A DNA stretch of 64,000 nucleotides, taken from assembly GCF_006345805.1 (NCBI RefSeq), contig NC_043000.1, positions 130,076,001 through 130,140,000 on the forward strand. Reading direction: 5' to 3'. Positions within the stretch are counted from its first letter, which is position 1. Every line of letters starts with the position of its first letter. Source of the stretch: Octopus sinensis. Its lineage: Eukaryota. Positions 37,819 to 52,213 of this stretch are shown piece by piece. Position numbers and translations under genes: made by a program. The notes below the pieces were generated by a model. It made no database searches. It saw only the letters and a program-made list of their open reading frames with translations, and was not told where the DNA came from.

Positions 37819-39982
37819 AATCCTTTATATATATATGTATATATATATGTGTATATATGCGTCCATATCCTCGCAACGCACGTAGATTTACACAGACAGA
37901 CAGACAGACAGACAGACAGATAGATAGATAAATAGATAGATAGAGAAAAAGGGAGAATGCTACACACTTCGCCGAAAAGACAAAATGTGCGTCTGGGTGT
38001 ATACATACATAAAAACACACACACACACACAAACAAATACACACACATGCACACACAGATAAATATATATACATATAAAAGCCTGTGTGTGAACACTATA
38101 CATTTTATAAATGTATTTGAATGCTTTTCTACATATGTGCGTAACTCTAGGGGCATGCCACAAGAGATCTTCGAAATATTACATTTAAACCACTAAGTTA
38201 CTTCAGTTATACCGGCATGGTCAAGTATTTTGGAACCAATTGATATATAATATACACGTTAAAAAATACAAATTTAAAAAATACCGTTATTAATCCCTGT
38301 GAATACAGCTGTGAAATAATGGGCTCGTCGAATATAATCACTTTTATTGGGGTGTCATTCGATATTCTATGACACTTCTGGTGTCGATAAGTGTGGCTAC
38401 ACTACAAGTCAAATATAATTTAGGTTACGGACCAGCGAATACGCTTGCTGCTTGTGCCTACAATTGTATCTTCCGATGAATTCCAAGAATCAACAAAAAC
38501 TTATCAAAGTGGTGACACTCCTCGAAAGTTTTAGCATCTATATGTATTTATCTGTAAACATATATCTGTATACGAGTGATACAATGAGAAAGTGTGTGAA
38601 AGGATAAAAGTACCTTATAATGTTTAAATGTAATTAATATACAGTAGCAACGTAAAGACTATCAAATATATATGATATAAGATACGATATATTCTGCTTT
38701 CTTTTATTCCTATTTTCACAGTTAATCATTTCATAAACCACTTTCTTCGAACATATGACATGCCAAGCATTTCCTATCAAAAATGTGTAATTTTGTCTAT
38801 GAATAAGATATAAAGAAATAAGAGATATTTTCTTTTGACATGCCACACATACAGCAGGTACGATGATATCAGTAATAAATACAAGCTTACCTTTTCTTCT
38901 GTAAACGGTATCATTAATCTTATTTTCTACTAGATTAACCATCATTATATGCTGTGTGTTTTACACTGAGATTCGTTTGATAGTTCTTTAAAGAGAGAAA
39001 TGATATATTGCATATTTCTTTTTCACTACCATTTATTCCAGGCAAATGTGAATTACACTAATTCATTTTACTCATTCTAAGATCTGCAGAAACACTTATG
39101 AAGTTTGCAGACAACCTTTGTAAAATATTTACACACAACCGTTACTTCCACATATCTGTGTGTACATTTGTGAATATATACACCAGAATATTATAGCTTA
39201 TATGAAGATTAGTAAAATAGATTAAGTGTTTAGGAAAGCCATTAAGTTGCAACAATGGAGGAAAAAGGATTGGAATGTTAACAGAAATAAAACATACGCA
39301 AGACTAGAACAATGAGTGGAGGCCGAGCTAACTGCAACAGCGCTCATACGAATAACTAAGTAGTTATATACCTCACACTAGCTTTGGAGCCGGGGGACTA
39401 GGCATGTGAAGGCTGGTAGTCTTAAAGTCAGTCATTATGGCCCACTTCATACCTCATTAATAGTTGGATTCAGTTTAGTTGCAAAGATATTTTCTTAAAT
39501 CCTTAAATTTCCGGTATTTTGTTATGTCACTTTTGTTGTATTAGTGAAAATCTTTGGCTTGGCTCTCTGGGTGTCTTTCTTGTGGGTGGACGTCTATATA
39601 AATGATACTATCGAATTAATACCCAGCACATTTATTTCAAATTATCTGATGTATAATGCTGGATTGTAAACATATATCGAGACTTTTAATGAGGCAGCTG
39701 GTATATGTGCAAGCCTGTGTGAAATCGAATCGCCAACAGGCATTGTGTTTCCTTTTGACACTCAGGGAAACCCATCTCATTGTTATATGAGAAAACGAAC
39801 TGCTTCGCTATTTTGGTTTATGCAGACGGTGCTAGATTGTCTACCATAGTTTTAATATGGATTTGGGTTTATTAAACCCCAAATATCAAAAGTTAAGAAA
39901 GTAAACAATGATCTTCTGTTTTGGTTTTGCTTCTGTTTACGGTCCATTACGTGCATTGTAGTAACATTCTAAAACAGTCTTT

Positions 39983-40077
<95 letters not shown>

Positions 40078-40080
40078 CTA

Positions 40081-40189
40081 GGTTCATTTCCATTGTGTGA
40101 CACTTTGGTCAGGTGTCTTCTACTATAGCCTCGGGCGGATCAAGGCCTTATGAGTGGGTTTCGTTGACGGAAACTGAAAGAAGCCCGTC

Positions 40190-40233
<44 letters not shown>

Positions 40234-40457
40234 TTAAATATGTGTGTCTTTATGTTTGACCATCATCACCGCTTGACAACTAATGTTGGTGTGTTTACAT
40301 CCACGTAACTTAGCTGTTCGGCAAACAAAAAGAACCGATAGAATAAGTACTACGCTTTTAAAAACAGTAGGTCCTGGGGTCGACTTGTTCGACTAAAACC
40401 TTTCAAGGCGGTGCTCCAGCACGGCCGCAATCAGATGACTGAAACAAATAAAAGAAT
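40081..40457 (+). mobile_element. SINE family B, 5'-truncated, with internal (AT)n
   Basis: GTGTCTTCTACTATAGCCTCGGG...GAAAGAAGCCCGTCG(TA)n...GACTGAAACAAATAAAAGAA. Confidence 0.9.
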
Positions 40458-40570
40458 ATATATCTATAAGGAAAAGAGGAGTCTTTTGAAAGGATTCATT
40501 AATTTAACCGGTTTCACTTATTTTTAAAGTGTGAGGTTTTGTGTATCCTGTGTAGTGTTAAAAATTAGTT

Positions 40571-40846
40571 TACAAAGATGCGAACACCACTGGCCCCCGA
40601 AACAACACCGACAGCAGCAACGGCTGCAACGAGGACAGTCAGAGCTGGACTGTGGTGAATAACAGAGGCAGACGGAAAACTAACACAGCGAGGACAATTG
40701 ATGCGCTGCAATCCAAAGGTAACAGGATGGGCAAGAACAAAGAAGAAAACACCAAAAGGAAAAACGAAGAAGCGAAAGGCCAGAAACTGGTAGAGTCCAC
40801 GTTGTATGTAAACTTAAATTGTACCTGCTGGCATGGAAAAAGGTGA
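40571..40846 (+). pseudogene. GC-richer coding-like island, possibly a LINE ORF1 relic
   Basis: About 90 open codons (…SWTVVNNRGRRK…KNKEENTKRKNEE…). The W-x-x-V-basic motif recalls gag-like ORF1 proteins. A donor-like AAG|GTGAGA lies at the end, but there is no good in-frame acceptor. Confidence 0.3.
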
Positions 40847-42343
40847 GAGGGCTGCACCATATACATACTCACACACAAATGCTTACATACTTAAATGCAA
40901 ATGCCACACACTCGCATATATATGCACATAAACAAAATAAAAGCGTTTTGTGTTGCGAAAATCATAAATCATTAAGTTAGTAAAATCATGCTAAAATTTA
41001 GTTTCCTTTTTTGCGTGATTCAGTATAATAAATTCCATTCCTCATATTCAAATGAACAATTGGTCGCTTAATATTCAGTTGTGTGTTACTGAGATCATTC
41101 GGGTTTAAATTAATTATAATATCGAAAAGTATATTTATGATTCAATGTAGACATGCCGAACACACCAGCACGTGTGTGTGCATGTAAGGTGAATCTCCAA
41201 CTGGAAATTGGAGAAGTGGACAAAGTTACCTTCGGATTTCTTCAACTCAGATTCAATTTACTGAGTTTGTATGCATATGTGCATTATTTGTGTGTGTGTG
41301 TGTGCATTGTTATATGTATGTATTTATACAGTTCTTTATGCTTGTATGTGTATGTACCCGACATCTGTAAAATCCAAAGTATATGTTGCAATACATACAT
41401 TAGATCAAATTTCAGCTCGGAATAACTGAATTTGAATCTAAGGAAATAGATTCTATATTTCAGTGAAGCCGTTAACGTTTGTCTGTTTATTACAGCTAAA
41501 TATTCGGCAGATATAACGGCCATTGCTTGATGACTTTAAATTAAAGTTGTCGTTCTTGTGATGGAGGTGGAATACATTAGAATTATATTCATGTGTATCG
41601 ATTCGGCGATATATAAACCCTGTGAATTGATTGACTGCTCTTGAAATGTCTCATAAATAATTCATTATCGAAAGGCTGATATCACTTTACAGTTAATTCA
41701 TGTCAGAATAGAGAAGGAATATTGTTATATTATAGCATCTCTATAATTATGTGTCAAATCAGTTCGGTTAAGTTACTCCAGTAGGTAAGATGTATATGTT
41801 GTATCATTTTAATTACAGTTTAGCTAGTTTACCTGTGAGTGTGTGTCGGAAGAGATTGCGATGATGGAAAAACATCGAAAAGCCTGTAGACTATTGCCTA
41901 TATGGTGATATATATATATATATATATATTTGCCTTTAGGTCGTAAAATTGCGAATTGGTCACCTACATATATAATTTTCACTTTCACTGTTTTTGAAAT
42001 AAATGTATGATCCCAATGGAAATCTTATAAGCTGACAAGGTGAGATGAGTTTAACCCTAGACGCGGTGAGAGCCACTGATGAGCGTTAAGATGCATTAAG
42101 CATCAGAATGCCAACCCATCGATGATCTGGCTGTATCTGCGACCATAAGGAGCTTGTCTTCCTTGTCAGCTCATTAAGATGGTGCTTTTGTTGGGACTGA
42201 GTTGTTTTGACACTTATTTCTAGCAATAATGGTGCTGATTAGTGCTCTTGTTCACTTTAGAGATGTATATATTTTTGCCTTAATGTGGTAAAATTGCGAA
42301 TTAGCCACCCATATTATTTATAAATATATATGACAGAGAAATG

Positions 42344-42443
<100 letters not shown>

Positions 42444-42707
42444 CTACCTTTGAGTGGTATTTAAGGAGAGTCCCAATGTGCAGAGTCTCCGTGACTCAGA
42501 CCGGAGAAACGGTATGAATAATTGCAACAAAGAGGACTCCGCTAATGACACCTAAAGACCAGATGTTGGTGTTGGAAAAGCAATGATCGGTTGACGTTCA
42601 CAAAGTAGAGGCTTGCGGATTTGTCCAAAGAACGCAAAGAGCCAAGTAAAATGGCATAAAGCATCTGGACCAACGAACGTATAATTTTGTCAGTCTATAG
42701 TTCTGGA

Positions 42708-42742
<35 letters not shown>

Positions 42743-44408
42743 TCACTCTTTTGTGTAACCTTGTTTGGTAATTTCTTATACTGAACCATGATTGAATAGC
42801 TTATTATATTGTATGTTAAAAGGAAATTAAGCGAATTCGGCGTCGGCTGACTTCAACTTTGTTAGTGCACATCTATACGAAACACGCGATAGATTCCTAT
42901 TAAATATGATGGAGTTGCCATAGATAAAATGTCTGTGTCTAATATCAGATACGATAGATAGCTGTTGCACTCCTGTGATGTAATGGCTACCAAATTTCTT
43001 TGTATCTTTGCAAGTGTTACACCGCTCGATTCTCACCCGCAGCATTATTGTTAATTATGTTTGGCGAATAGAAATGAACACCGCTGTTATCTGTGAGTTA
43101 AATACCACGGTTCACAGTTTAAAATGTTTCATTTGAACACACACACACACACACACATGGATGAATGTTTTCAAATGAGACAATTTGTCAATGATGTAGA
43201 ATTACTTAATATATATGTAGAGTATATTGTCTACAATTAATTTTTTTCTCATGACACCTTCTTATATGTATTCCTACTACAGTTAAGCGAAAAATAATAA
43301 ATCTTGATATTTCAAATAGTCCTCTTATTGAAGCTTCACTTATATGTGACTATATATTTCGGTTTGTGGTGTTAAAGCTTAAAGGAAGCGACCTATGTTC
43401 GCTATGGATAAAATTATATTCATAAAACTAGATTAATAAAATGAAATTATGAAGTTTCTTTAAATTTATAGATTTTCTGTTGCTTATGCAAGAAAACAGT
43501 TCCTTAATGGGAGTGATACCTCTCATACAGTTTAATGGGATGCAAGAAGTGACGAAGGCATTCTCATTCTGTTTGTCTGATTTGGTTTTGTATTACTCAA
43601 AGCTGGGAACAATTTCTCATAGGATTACGTTGAGTAGAATATAGGTAAAGATAGCTTCGTAAGAATTTCAAAAATCACTGAAATTTTCAGGAATACGATT
43701 CCACACATTCAGATGCTCACAGTGTGGATGTTCATTCACGTTTACACAACATCAATATTCAATTTCTTCTGAATTTTGATTCCATTTCTAGATATCGTTT
43801 GTTCAAGTATCCAACATATATATTTTCAGATCTGCACATTGGTCAGCATATTTTATATATATATATATATAAAAAAGATGCATTGATATTGTCTAATTAT
43901 AGGCGTTAAAGCTTGTATGAGTCATTTTGCATATTATTCATGATTCTTACATTCGTTTTTTTTTTTCAGAAAGTTTCTCCATCTTTGGAAAATATGTGGA
44001 ACTTTTACTTTCTAAATAACATTCAAATATGCCGGGTTTGCTCAGAAGATTTGGTTAAAAGAAACGATACGTCAATAGATTTCCCTATTCAGATGCAATA
44101 GAAATCAGTAAGAAGCACTTACTGAGCAAAGCAAAATCATTTAATCGACGATAAACTCATGGTCCATGGTTTATTTTTTAAAAATAATAGATTTTCACTT
44201 AATCATACGTCACCACGAATTACCAGTAACCAACTTTTCATTAGTAAACTACACTGGACAAATTCATAAGAAAAGCGGAGCGTGTTTGTTGTTCCCGTTC
44301 CAACATATATTGTTTTAATTCAAGTCTATGAAAAGATTTTACCTCAGACAATTTAAGAGCAGTGTATCTTCTAATGATGTATATACATTTAGTATGATTA
44401 TATATGTC

Positions 44409-44495
44409 CTCTTTTATTCTTTTACTTGTTTCAGTCATTTCACTGTGGCCATACTGGAGCACCACCTTCAGTCGAAGAAATCGTCCCTAGGACTT
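44409..44495 (-). mobile_element. Family B 3' fragment
   Basis: CTTTTATTCTTTTACTTGTTTCAGTCATT...GGAGCACCACCTT. Confidence 0.8.
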
Positions 44496-44880
44496 AGGGT
44501 GAGTTCTCCTATAAGAAACACTCACAGGAGAATCTTCTAAATCATATAGTAAACGATATACATACATACATATATATAATATATATAGATATATATATAT
44601 ATACATATATATAATGAAAATAGTAATGCAATACTAGAGTATTGCCTTCCAGTAAAGGATAGCCCGCGAGGGTAAAATTATACATAAAAGTAAATAAATG
44701 GTAGGTTTTTCATTTTTCAGATGTTTTTCCTAGAGGTAAGACAATTTTTTTCATGTTTGTTTCACACACGCATCATTAACACACGTACATACGCAGTGAA
44801 GCTATACATTAGCGTCGTATTTATTACGTTCGCTATTTTCCAGTAGATATCGGTGCTTCGTTGTACCATTTATTTACTTT

Positions 44881-44943
<63 letters not shown>

Positions 44944-45224
44944 CGATGGGCTTCCATAGAGAATTTTATATTATATTTTTAAGATAGTGGTCATTTAAGG
45001 GTTACGTACGGCAGGATAAAATTTCGCATGGTGCTGCGAAATGGAGTCGAACCACAAATTATGGCAGACAGCCAACCGATTTTTTTTTTCTTTTTTCACA
45101 GCAACATTATAACATAACATTTGTACTTTTGTAGGCGCTAATTTCTCTTTACCCTTTCTATCTCATTATTCTACGATCAGCGTGCAGAACATTTTTGCAT
45201 CTTGTTTATCTGAAAAACTCTTAA

Positions 45225-45289
45225 CCGTGGAATCTAACACTTAAGAATGTAATAAGTTTTTCGGTAATAACTCAGAATGATTCCAGCGG
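45225..45289. mobile_element. 65-bp piggyBac-like mini-MITE
   Basis: TTAA|CCGTGGAATC ... GATTCCAGCGG|TTAA: 10-11 bp TIR beginning CC, flanked by TTAA at 45221-45224 and 45290-45293. Confidence 0.55.
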
Positions 45290-45629
45290 TTAAGTCTTTT
45301 TATCGTGTTTTTCCCCAAGACTCTAATAACTCTATGTCATAAAATTATAAATGTTTGTAATCTATTAAGTTACATTACACTTATCTTTTTTATTTACATT
45401 TCAAAATTTTAATAGAGATAAGGAAAATATGAACCGTTGATATATTAGAAGAGATAAAAATAAAGTATAAATTTTGAAAAGCATATGTGAAGTTTTGATG
45501 AAGTCTTAAGAGGTTTTACTATTAAATACACAACTGTTTGATGTTTTTTTAAATTTTATCGTCACTAATGAGCTTGTAAAAATGAAATTACTTTCCATCA
45601 TCATACAAACAGCAGATATTTTATATATG

Positions 45630-45663
<34 letters not shown>

Positions 45664-45878
45664 ATATATTTATTATATATATATATAATGTATAATCTTT
45701 AATTTTACATGAATATTTTTCAGTGATAATTGATCGCCAATAATAGGTTCCAAGGTGACCTTCTCTGGTTCATTCTCTTTCTTATGACAACAATGATATG
45801 GGGGTATCTGTATTGCTTAGTGCTCAACAAATATAATAAAGAAAAATTTTTCAAAGAGCAGTTTCTTCCGTTTATATA

Positions 45879-45980
45879 CCAGCGGGGTGGCGTCATTTGA
45901 TGGCTAAAACAATGCGAAGCGCATTGTGACCAGCGATGTGTAGCGACATCTGATAGCCTGGACGGTGACGGTGATATATA
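45879..45980 (+). mobile_element. 5'-truncated family E1 tail
   Basis: GGCGTCATTTGATGGCTAAAACAATGCGAAGCGCATTGTGACCAGCGATGTG...GGTGATATATA matches the E1 3' end. Confidence 0.88.
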
Positions 45981-46836
45981 TATATAAAATAATTCAAGGT
46001 AGAAAATGCTAAAATAATTTTATCATGAAGAACATTTTAGTACCAGTCCCAGTATTTGCGACTGTTTCAACTTAGAGTAAAGCATGAAAAAATTGCAATT
46101 GTGGAAAAGTTAAATGAAATATATAAAAATAATATTACCATAGTTGTCAAATGCAAGAGATATTTTCCTTTTGTCTGATTGTCTGTCTGTCTCTGTCTCT
46201 CTCTTATTTTACTCATGCGAGGTCTTATCAGGTAGTGGTAGTTCTAATATTAGATATGAGGTGTTGGTTTTGATTATTTAAGCAGTAGTAGTAGCTGAGA
46301 AAGGAGGCAGTGAAGAAGAAGTGGGTAAAGAAGAGAAAGAATAATAAAACCGCGTGAGTGGTTTGACAGTAGTAGGGTGTTGGTGGAATCCTCTTAGATT
46401 GTCAAGTGACCTAAAATGACCGTTGTGGTTGTAATAGTAGTGATTGGAATTGTTCTGAATAAATTCAGTGGTAGTGACTAATCTGAATATATCATTTTTA
46501 ATATTTGCGCGGGTATTATTCTAAGGCCATTGTGATAATGTCATTTGTGGTAGACGCATTCAAAAGGGGTTTATATTTTGTGATAAAATATGACTCTTTA
46601 CCAATGCGCTGACTTCAGGCTGCATCGTTCCTCAATTTATAGAGTGGAAAAATTCTGAAGGTGAATTGTTTGTTAAGGGAGCAAATGTTGATGTGTTCGC
46701 TGAATGCAATTTTTCTGTATTCCAGAATTTTGATCTGGGATGTACGTAGAGCCATCCTTTGACGCATACTGTTTTTGGTTCGGCCTATGTATTGCCCTCG
46801 ACACCCAGAGCAAGTTAATATATATTATATATATAT

Positions 46837-46895
<59 letters not shown>

Positions 46896-46898
<3 letters not shown>

Positions 46899-47050
46899 GT
46901 GTGTCTGTGTTTGTCCCCCACCATCGCATAACAACCGATGTTGGTGTGTTTACGTCCCCGTAACTTAGCGTTTCAACCCAAGAGTCCGATAGAATAAGTA
47001 CTAAGGCGTTGCTTCAGCATGCCCGCAGTTAAATGACTAAAGTAAAAAAC
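46896..47050 (+). mobile_element. Family B 3' half
   Basis: GTTTGTCCCCACCATCGC...GTGTTTACGTCCCCGTAACTTAGCG. Confidence 0.85.
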
Positions 47051-47600
47051 AAAAAAAAAAGATATGTATATAATTCTATAAGGTTTATATTATCTGTTGA
47101 AATTGAGTACATACACTTAGTATTCGTTACAAATCTCTTGTACTTATTAAGGGTTACTTGCCAAAATCTGAGGCATCGTTCGAAACAATTTGACATTCAA
47201 ATTTCCGGTGTTTACTGTTGATAGTGAAATGAAATAGTAAAGTCATAGTAAGAATTATTGAATATTCCAGTGGTATATTAGAGAATATTGAAGCGCACAT
47301 AGGAGGCATATTTGCAAACAGTAGGCGTTTGAGTTATAGAGAGCATTAATACAACGTATTGTAATTTATCCAACAGTACATGATTAAAATGTTAAAAAAT
47401 AAAAACATCAACAGTTCTTCCACTGACATCAAATATCGAATTACTGAATACTTCAATACAATTATTTTTCTATTTACCAATATTAAAAGGAAGTAAAAAA
47501 ATGAATTGATTTCACACACACACAATGATACGCATATATGACTACGTGTACGATTATGTGAACTCGTGATGTATATCTATATATGCGAGCGTGTCTTATG

Positions 47601-47824
47601 TCTTTATTGCCCACAATGTACCAAATACAGAGGGGACAAACAAGGACAAAGGAATTAAGTAGATTACATCGACCCAGTGCGTAACTGGTACTTAATTTAT
47701 CGACCCCGAAAGGATGAAAGGCAAAGTCGACCTCGGCGGAATTTGAACTCAGAACGTAACGGCAGATGAAATACGGCTACGCATTTCGACCGGCGTGCTA
47801 ACGTTTCTGCTGGCTCGCTGCCTT
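47601..47824 (-). mobile_element. SINE family A (tail type 1)
   Basis: Clean reverse complement of the family A consensus. Confidence 0.92.
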
Positions 47825-47943
47825 AAATGCGAGCATTTATTAATGCATGTAATTTTGTTAAAAATGCTGCGCTGTGGGACCGAAGCGGAACCTACATGAT
47901 TGCGGAGTAGAGATTTTAACCACACAGCCATTCTTGTATCTGT

Positions 47944-48048
47944 TGATAAATTAAGTACCAGTTACGTACTGGGGTCGATCTAATCGACTGCCCCCCCCCC
48001 CCAAAAAAAAAAAAAATTGGGGGCCTTGTGCCTAGAGTAGAAAAGAAT
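47944..48048 (+). mobile_element. Family A 3' half (tail type 2), inverted relative to the 47601 copy
   Basis: GATAAATTAAGTACCAGTTACGTACTGGGGTCGATC...GGCCTTGTGCCTAGAGTAGAAAAG. Confidence 0.88.
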
Positions 48049-48499
48049 ATATTTGATAGGGTCTTTTTTGAAATCATGTGAGCAACCGTTCAGCTGACAT
48101 CACCAAATCAGTCCGAAAAATAAATTTAAAATAATTACAAACACAAGCAGATACTTCCTCTATCTCACACCCACCTCGCAAACATGTGCATACACAATAT
48201 GAACACACGCGCACGTGTGTATTTGTTTAGTCGGAGTGAAGAGGAGGATTATTAGCTTAAAGTAAACGTTCCGCCTCACATATTAGGAGATACTCACTTG
48301 CTTTTGTATTATTGGCCATTCGGAGTGTGCTGTGCACGTTTTGAACAATACTGCACCACAAAATTTATCCACAGATTCTTAGAAGATATGAGTACTCTCA
48401 GTCTTCATTAAATTAAGGTTTCAAGACTGAAAATTTCCGAAATCCGCCCAATATATATATATATATGTGTATTATACCGGATATATATTTCCCCCTCAC

Positions 48500-48617
48500 G
48501 AGGTATTGGTCGGTCCAAAGCTACAGCAGGAGATACTCGTCCAAAGTGTTTCTCTGTGGGACCGAACCGGAGACTACATGATTGCAGGGTGAAGTTTTTA
48601 ACCACAGAGCCATGCTT
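48500..48617 (-). mobile_element. Decayed family B 5' fragment (a similar head lies at 47862-47935)
   Basis: TTGGTCGGTCCAAAGCTACAGCAGGAGATACT...GTGGGACCGAAC...TTAACCACAGAGCCA. Confidence 0.7.
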
Positions 48618-49806
48618 GTATCTGTATAGTGTTTAGGCCTCATAATTTATATATCTTATAAAGAACATTCACAGCTGAAGAATTATATTTATTACAATAT
48701 ACATAAAAGTAATTTAATTAAAGATTTACTTATTCTTCTGAAACTGTAGAATCAATTAAATCTCTTCCTTCGTTCATTTAATATCAAATATTGTGTCTAA
48801 CAATATTTTCGGCAATACACTTTAGGTGCGATACATTTTCATTTATATTTAAGCTTAATTCAAACGGTAAAAATATTGGAATTCTCTGATCTGCAATAAT
48901 GGCTTGTAATTATAATTGCAAGTCTTTAGAATAGCTCTTGACTGAATAATTCCGCTAGATGTATTGATTGAAATGAAGAGTAATTAAAATACAAAATTAC
49001 AAAATATATTAAGAGCCTTTAATTTATGTTAATTATTGATTCATTTAGCCTCTTTCCAGAAATTAAAAGATCACCAGCAAAATGCATAATCCGGGAAAGG
49101 GCTGTTTCTAAATGGTTCGATCTACTAGAAATAGCAGCCAAGCTTTCTTGAAATCACATTGTATTGTATTAAAGGTAGAAGTCCACACTGAGCAAAGTAT
49201 TAATAGATGAAACTACCACAATATTTCAAATTCAAGTACAAAACTAGCAACTCCAATAAGAAGTGGATTAAAGAATTACGCCAGTTTCGGTCCTTTATTG
49301 GTACATCATTTTATTAACGTCGAAAAAAAGAATGGAAAGATGACATCGGCGAAATCCGAACTCAGCACAAAAGCAGCCAGAACAAATGAAGCTGGCATTT
49401 TTTCCAACGTTCTAACATTTCTGTCGATTCCCCATCTACAAGATTACAACAATATTACAATAAAATCAAATCAACATGTCCCTTGAAATATCGAGCTGTC
49501 TGTTTATAATTACTGATAGGTGTTCGATCTCAGGCTAATGTGTACTATTTTTTCCAGGACAGAAAATAATAGAAATATGTATTTTCAATAATTCTTATTG
49601 CAAAATTCCTTTTCGTGAAAATTGTAGAAATGTCTATTAATATTTATAAACTTAGTTGTGTGATACATCTAATTTCAATGGATTTGTTATGAAGTAACAT
49701 TCTGCTACTACCGTTGAGAAATAATTTAAAAGTGAATATAATTTGTTTTGTGAATTATTCAATGGATAAAATGACATACTCGCCGTTTGTGTGTGTGTGT
49801 GTGTGC

Positions 49807-49839
<33 letters not shown>

Positions 49840-50679
49840 AGGAGGGAGGGATGGAGAGAGATGCAGGGAGATACTGAGGTAGACAGATAAACAACTACAT
49901 GTATACACATACGTTCGTAGCCATTGGATGGAGAACACCTGAACGCTTTTCTAAAACGTTTTAATGTACGCAACATACGACACATCATTTATATCTATTA
50001 ACAATAGACGTGTTAATACAAATACCCGTGCTTGCGTGCAACTAGACGTATTTACCATATTTTCTGTTCACCCTGTATCGGTGCAATAATATGTTGGTTA
50101 GAAAATGGCGCATAAACTTTCCAAGAACACTGTGTTGGTAACAACATTGTCTCTTTAAGGACCAGAGTTCTTTTCGTTTCTTATTTCTCTTGAAGAGGAA
50201 TTGGACTTTAAAATAGGATGCGTCAAATAATTATATATACAGGAATATTCTGAGAAAGCACGGAAAGAAAAAGAAAGAAGAAATATAAAACGAAACATGA
50301 CAAAAACCACAAAGCGGGGTGGATGGTTGATAAAGGTAAACAGCAGGTGATGACAATGATGAGCACAGGTTGCGATAAAAATAGGAAGAAATGCGATACC
50401 TCAGCACGCAATGCTTTCTGGTTGCTTAACTGTTTACGCATTTTTCACGCTCACGTGCCTATTGATAAGATTTCCATCTCACTCTCCTTTATTCACATCC
50501 ACCCTCCTTCTCGCTACCCTCTCTCACAGGTGTACATTCTAAGTTTTTGTGAAATATATATGACGTGAAGATCTTTAACGAAATTCTTATACTCAGGTAT
50601 AATTGTCATTGTGTTCCTTCTTTTGCGTTGCTAGCAGATAAACAAAGAATATGGCATATATGTACCGACACACACACGC

Positions 50680-50728
<49 letters not shown>

Positions 50729-50733
50729 GTAAA

Positions 50734-50945
50734 GTTAATCCAAACATGAAAATACACTAAGAGAAAACACAACAACGCGAGGACGTGGAACAAGTATAGT
50801 GTTATTGGACGCTCAGGAAAGGAAAGAAAGAAGGAGGATGTAACGTTTCGAGCAGAGCTCTTCATCAGAATCATAAGAAAAGGAAAGATCAAAGGAAGGG
50901 AAGACGGAGGAAAAAAAATCGCCAACTATACACACGTGGTCATAT
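50734..50945 (-). mobile_element. Family D hammerhead-bearing repeat
   Basis: Same termini as the other D copies; motif at 50838-50872 reads GATT-CTGATGA-A-GAGC(tct)GCTC-GAAA-CG-TT-ACAT (canonical core, weakened stem I). Confidence 0.8.
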
Positions 50946-51340
50946 ATGCATACCACACGCACACATGCATATTTATAGAAACACGAAATGATGGCATTGA
51001 ATATGCAGCGCTGGTTTTAAAAACAGAAAATATTTATTTGCATACAACTTGTAATAGTATTACACAGGGCTGTTCGGGTGACATATGCTAGGCATTTTCA
51101 AGACTATGAACATAACTTGTAATTCATGGTAACAAGATGTTAAATGTTAACTGTAAACGTGTACTGTCTAAATGCAAAAAACCGCAGTCATCACTAACCT
51201 GATGATAAGGCATGAATTGTTCGAGTAACTTCTACATAATTTAATAGTTTCTGTCATTTTGAGTTAAAGATCAGATGAACGTCGATAAACTTGGGTCAAA
51301 TAAAGTTTCAAGCTGTATAAAGTTAAACTACGTAAACTGA

Positions 51341-51651
51341 GTGGAGGCGCATGGCCTAGTGGTTAGAGCAGCGGACTCGCGGTCGAGGGATCGCGGGTTT
51401 GAATCTCAGACCGGACGATGTGTGTGTGTATGAGCGAAATACCTAAGCTCCACGCGGCTCCGGCAGAAGGTAATGGCGAACGTCTGCTGAATCTTTCGCC
51501 ACAACTTTCTCTCACTCTTTCCTCCTCCATTTTGCTGCTCACCTGCGACGGACCGGCGTCCCGTCCACGTGGGGAACATATACGCCACGGAAACCGGGAA
51601 ACCGGCCCTATGAGCCAGGCGTGGCTCGAGAAGGAACATACAAAAACAAAA
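51341..51651 (+). mobile_element. SINE family E (tail E2), full length with 11-bp TSD
   Basis: A/B boxes; TSD ACGTAAACTGA at 51330-51340 and 51652-51662. Confidence 0.93.
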
Positions 51652-51669
51652 ACGTAAACTGAATATTAA

Positions 51670-52195
51670 CTTCAAAAGGGTTCGTAGTCAACATGATATA
51701 ACCCATCATGACTACCCGTGTGATAAGAGTACACCAGGCGCATGCATCACAACCATAGGTGCGCGACATGGTGATCTCATATCAAGATAAACAGCACATG
51801 ACCTTGCAGGTGGGGCCCAGTTAGAATTTTCTTCTGGTCGAGTAACCCATCCCACTCAAAAGGTCCCTGAATAAGGATTGTTTAAGGATGTTGAACAAAT
51901 CACCCATGTTTCCAGAGGTGAATTATTCAAACCCCAAAGAATCCCTCTCAACACGTGGCTATGATGCTCCCCCACTACTTCTGCTCGTGATCAGAAAAGC
52001 ACATATCGTCAGCCACTGAGGGACATGCTCAACTGGTTAAGGTCAAACAACTGACAAGCAAATCCGTGGTACTGAGCAGAATATTTGCTGTAGCCCATTT
52101 TTTATACCTAGACAAAACAATGAACATGATAACACTTCCAATCAGGTAAGATCAGAAGCCATGAGAACCACTGCCTGATACTGCATCAGGGCATG
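51670..52195 (-). mobile_element. ~525-bp non-coding interspersed element starting at a (TAA)n run
   Basis: GC-richer non-coding block sharply bounded by (TTA)n at 52196-52213; terminal hairpin TGCCTGAT-actgc-ATCAGGGCA. Classification is inferred. Confidence 0.55.
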
Positions 52196-52213
52196 TTATT
52201 ATTATTATTATTA

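Noticed and set aside
42071-42132. CTGATGA with AGCCA/TGGCT arms and a stem-II-like hairpin
   Set aside because: No GAAA box follows stem II, so it is not counted as a hammerhead.
47163-47198. CTGAGGC...GAAACAATTTGAC hammerhead-like string
   Set aside because: The core, stem II and cleavage triplet would all need mutations; too weak.
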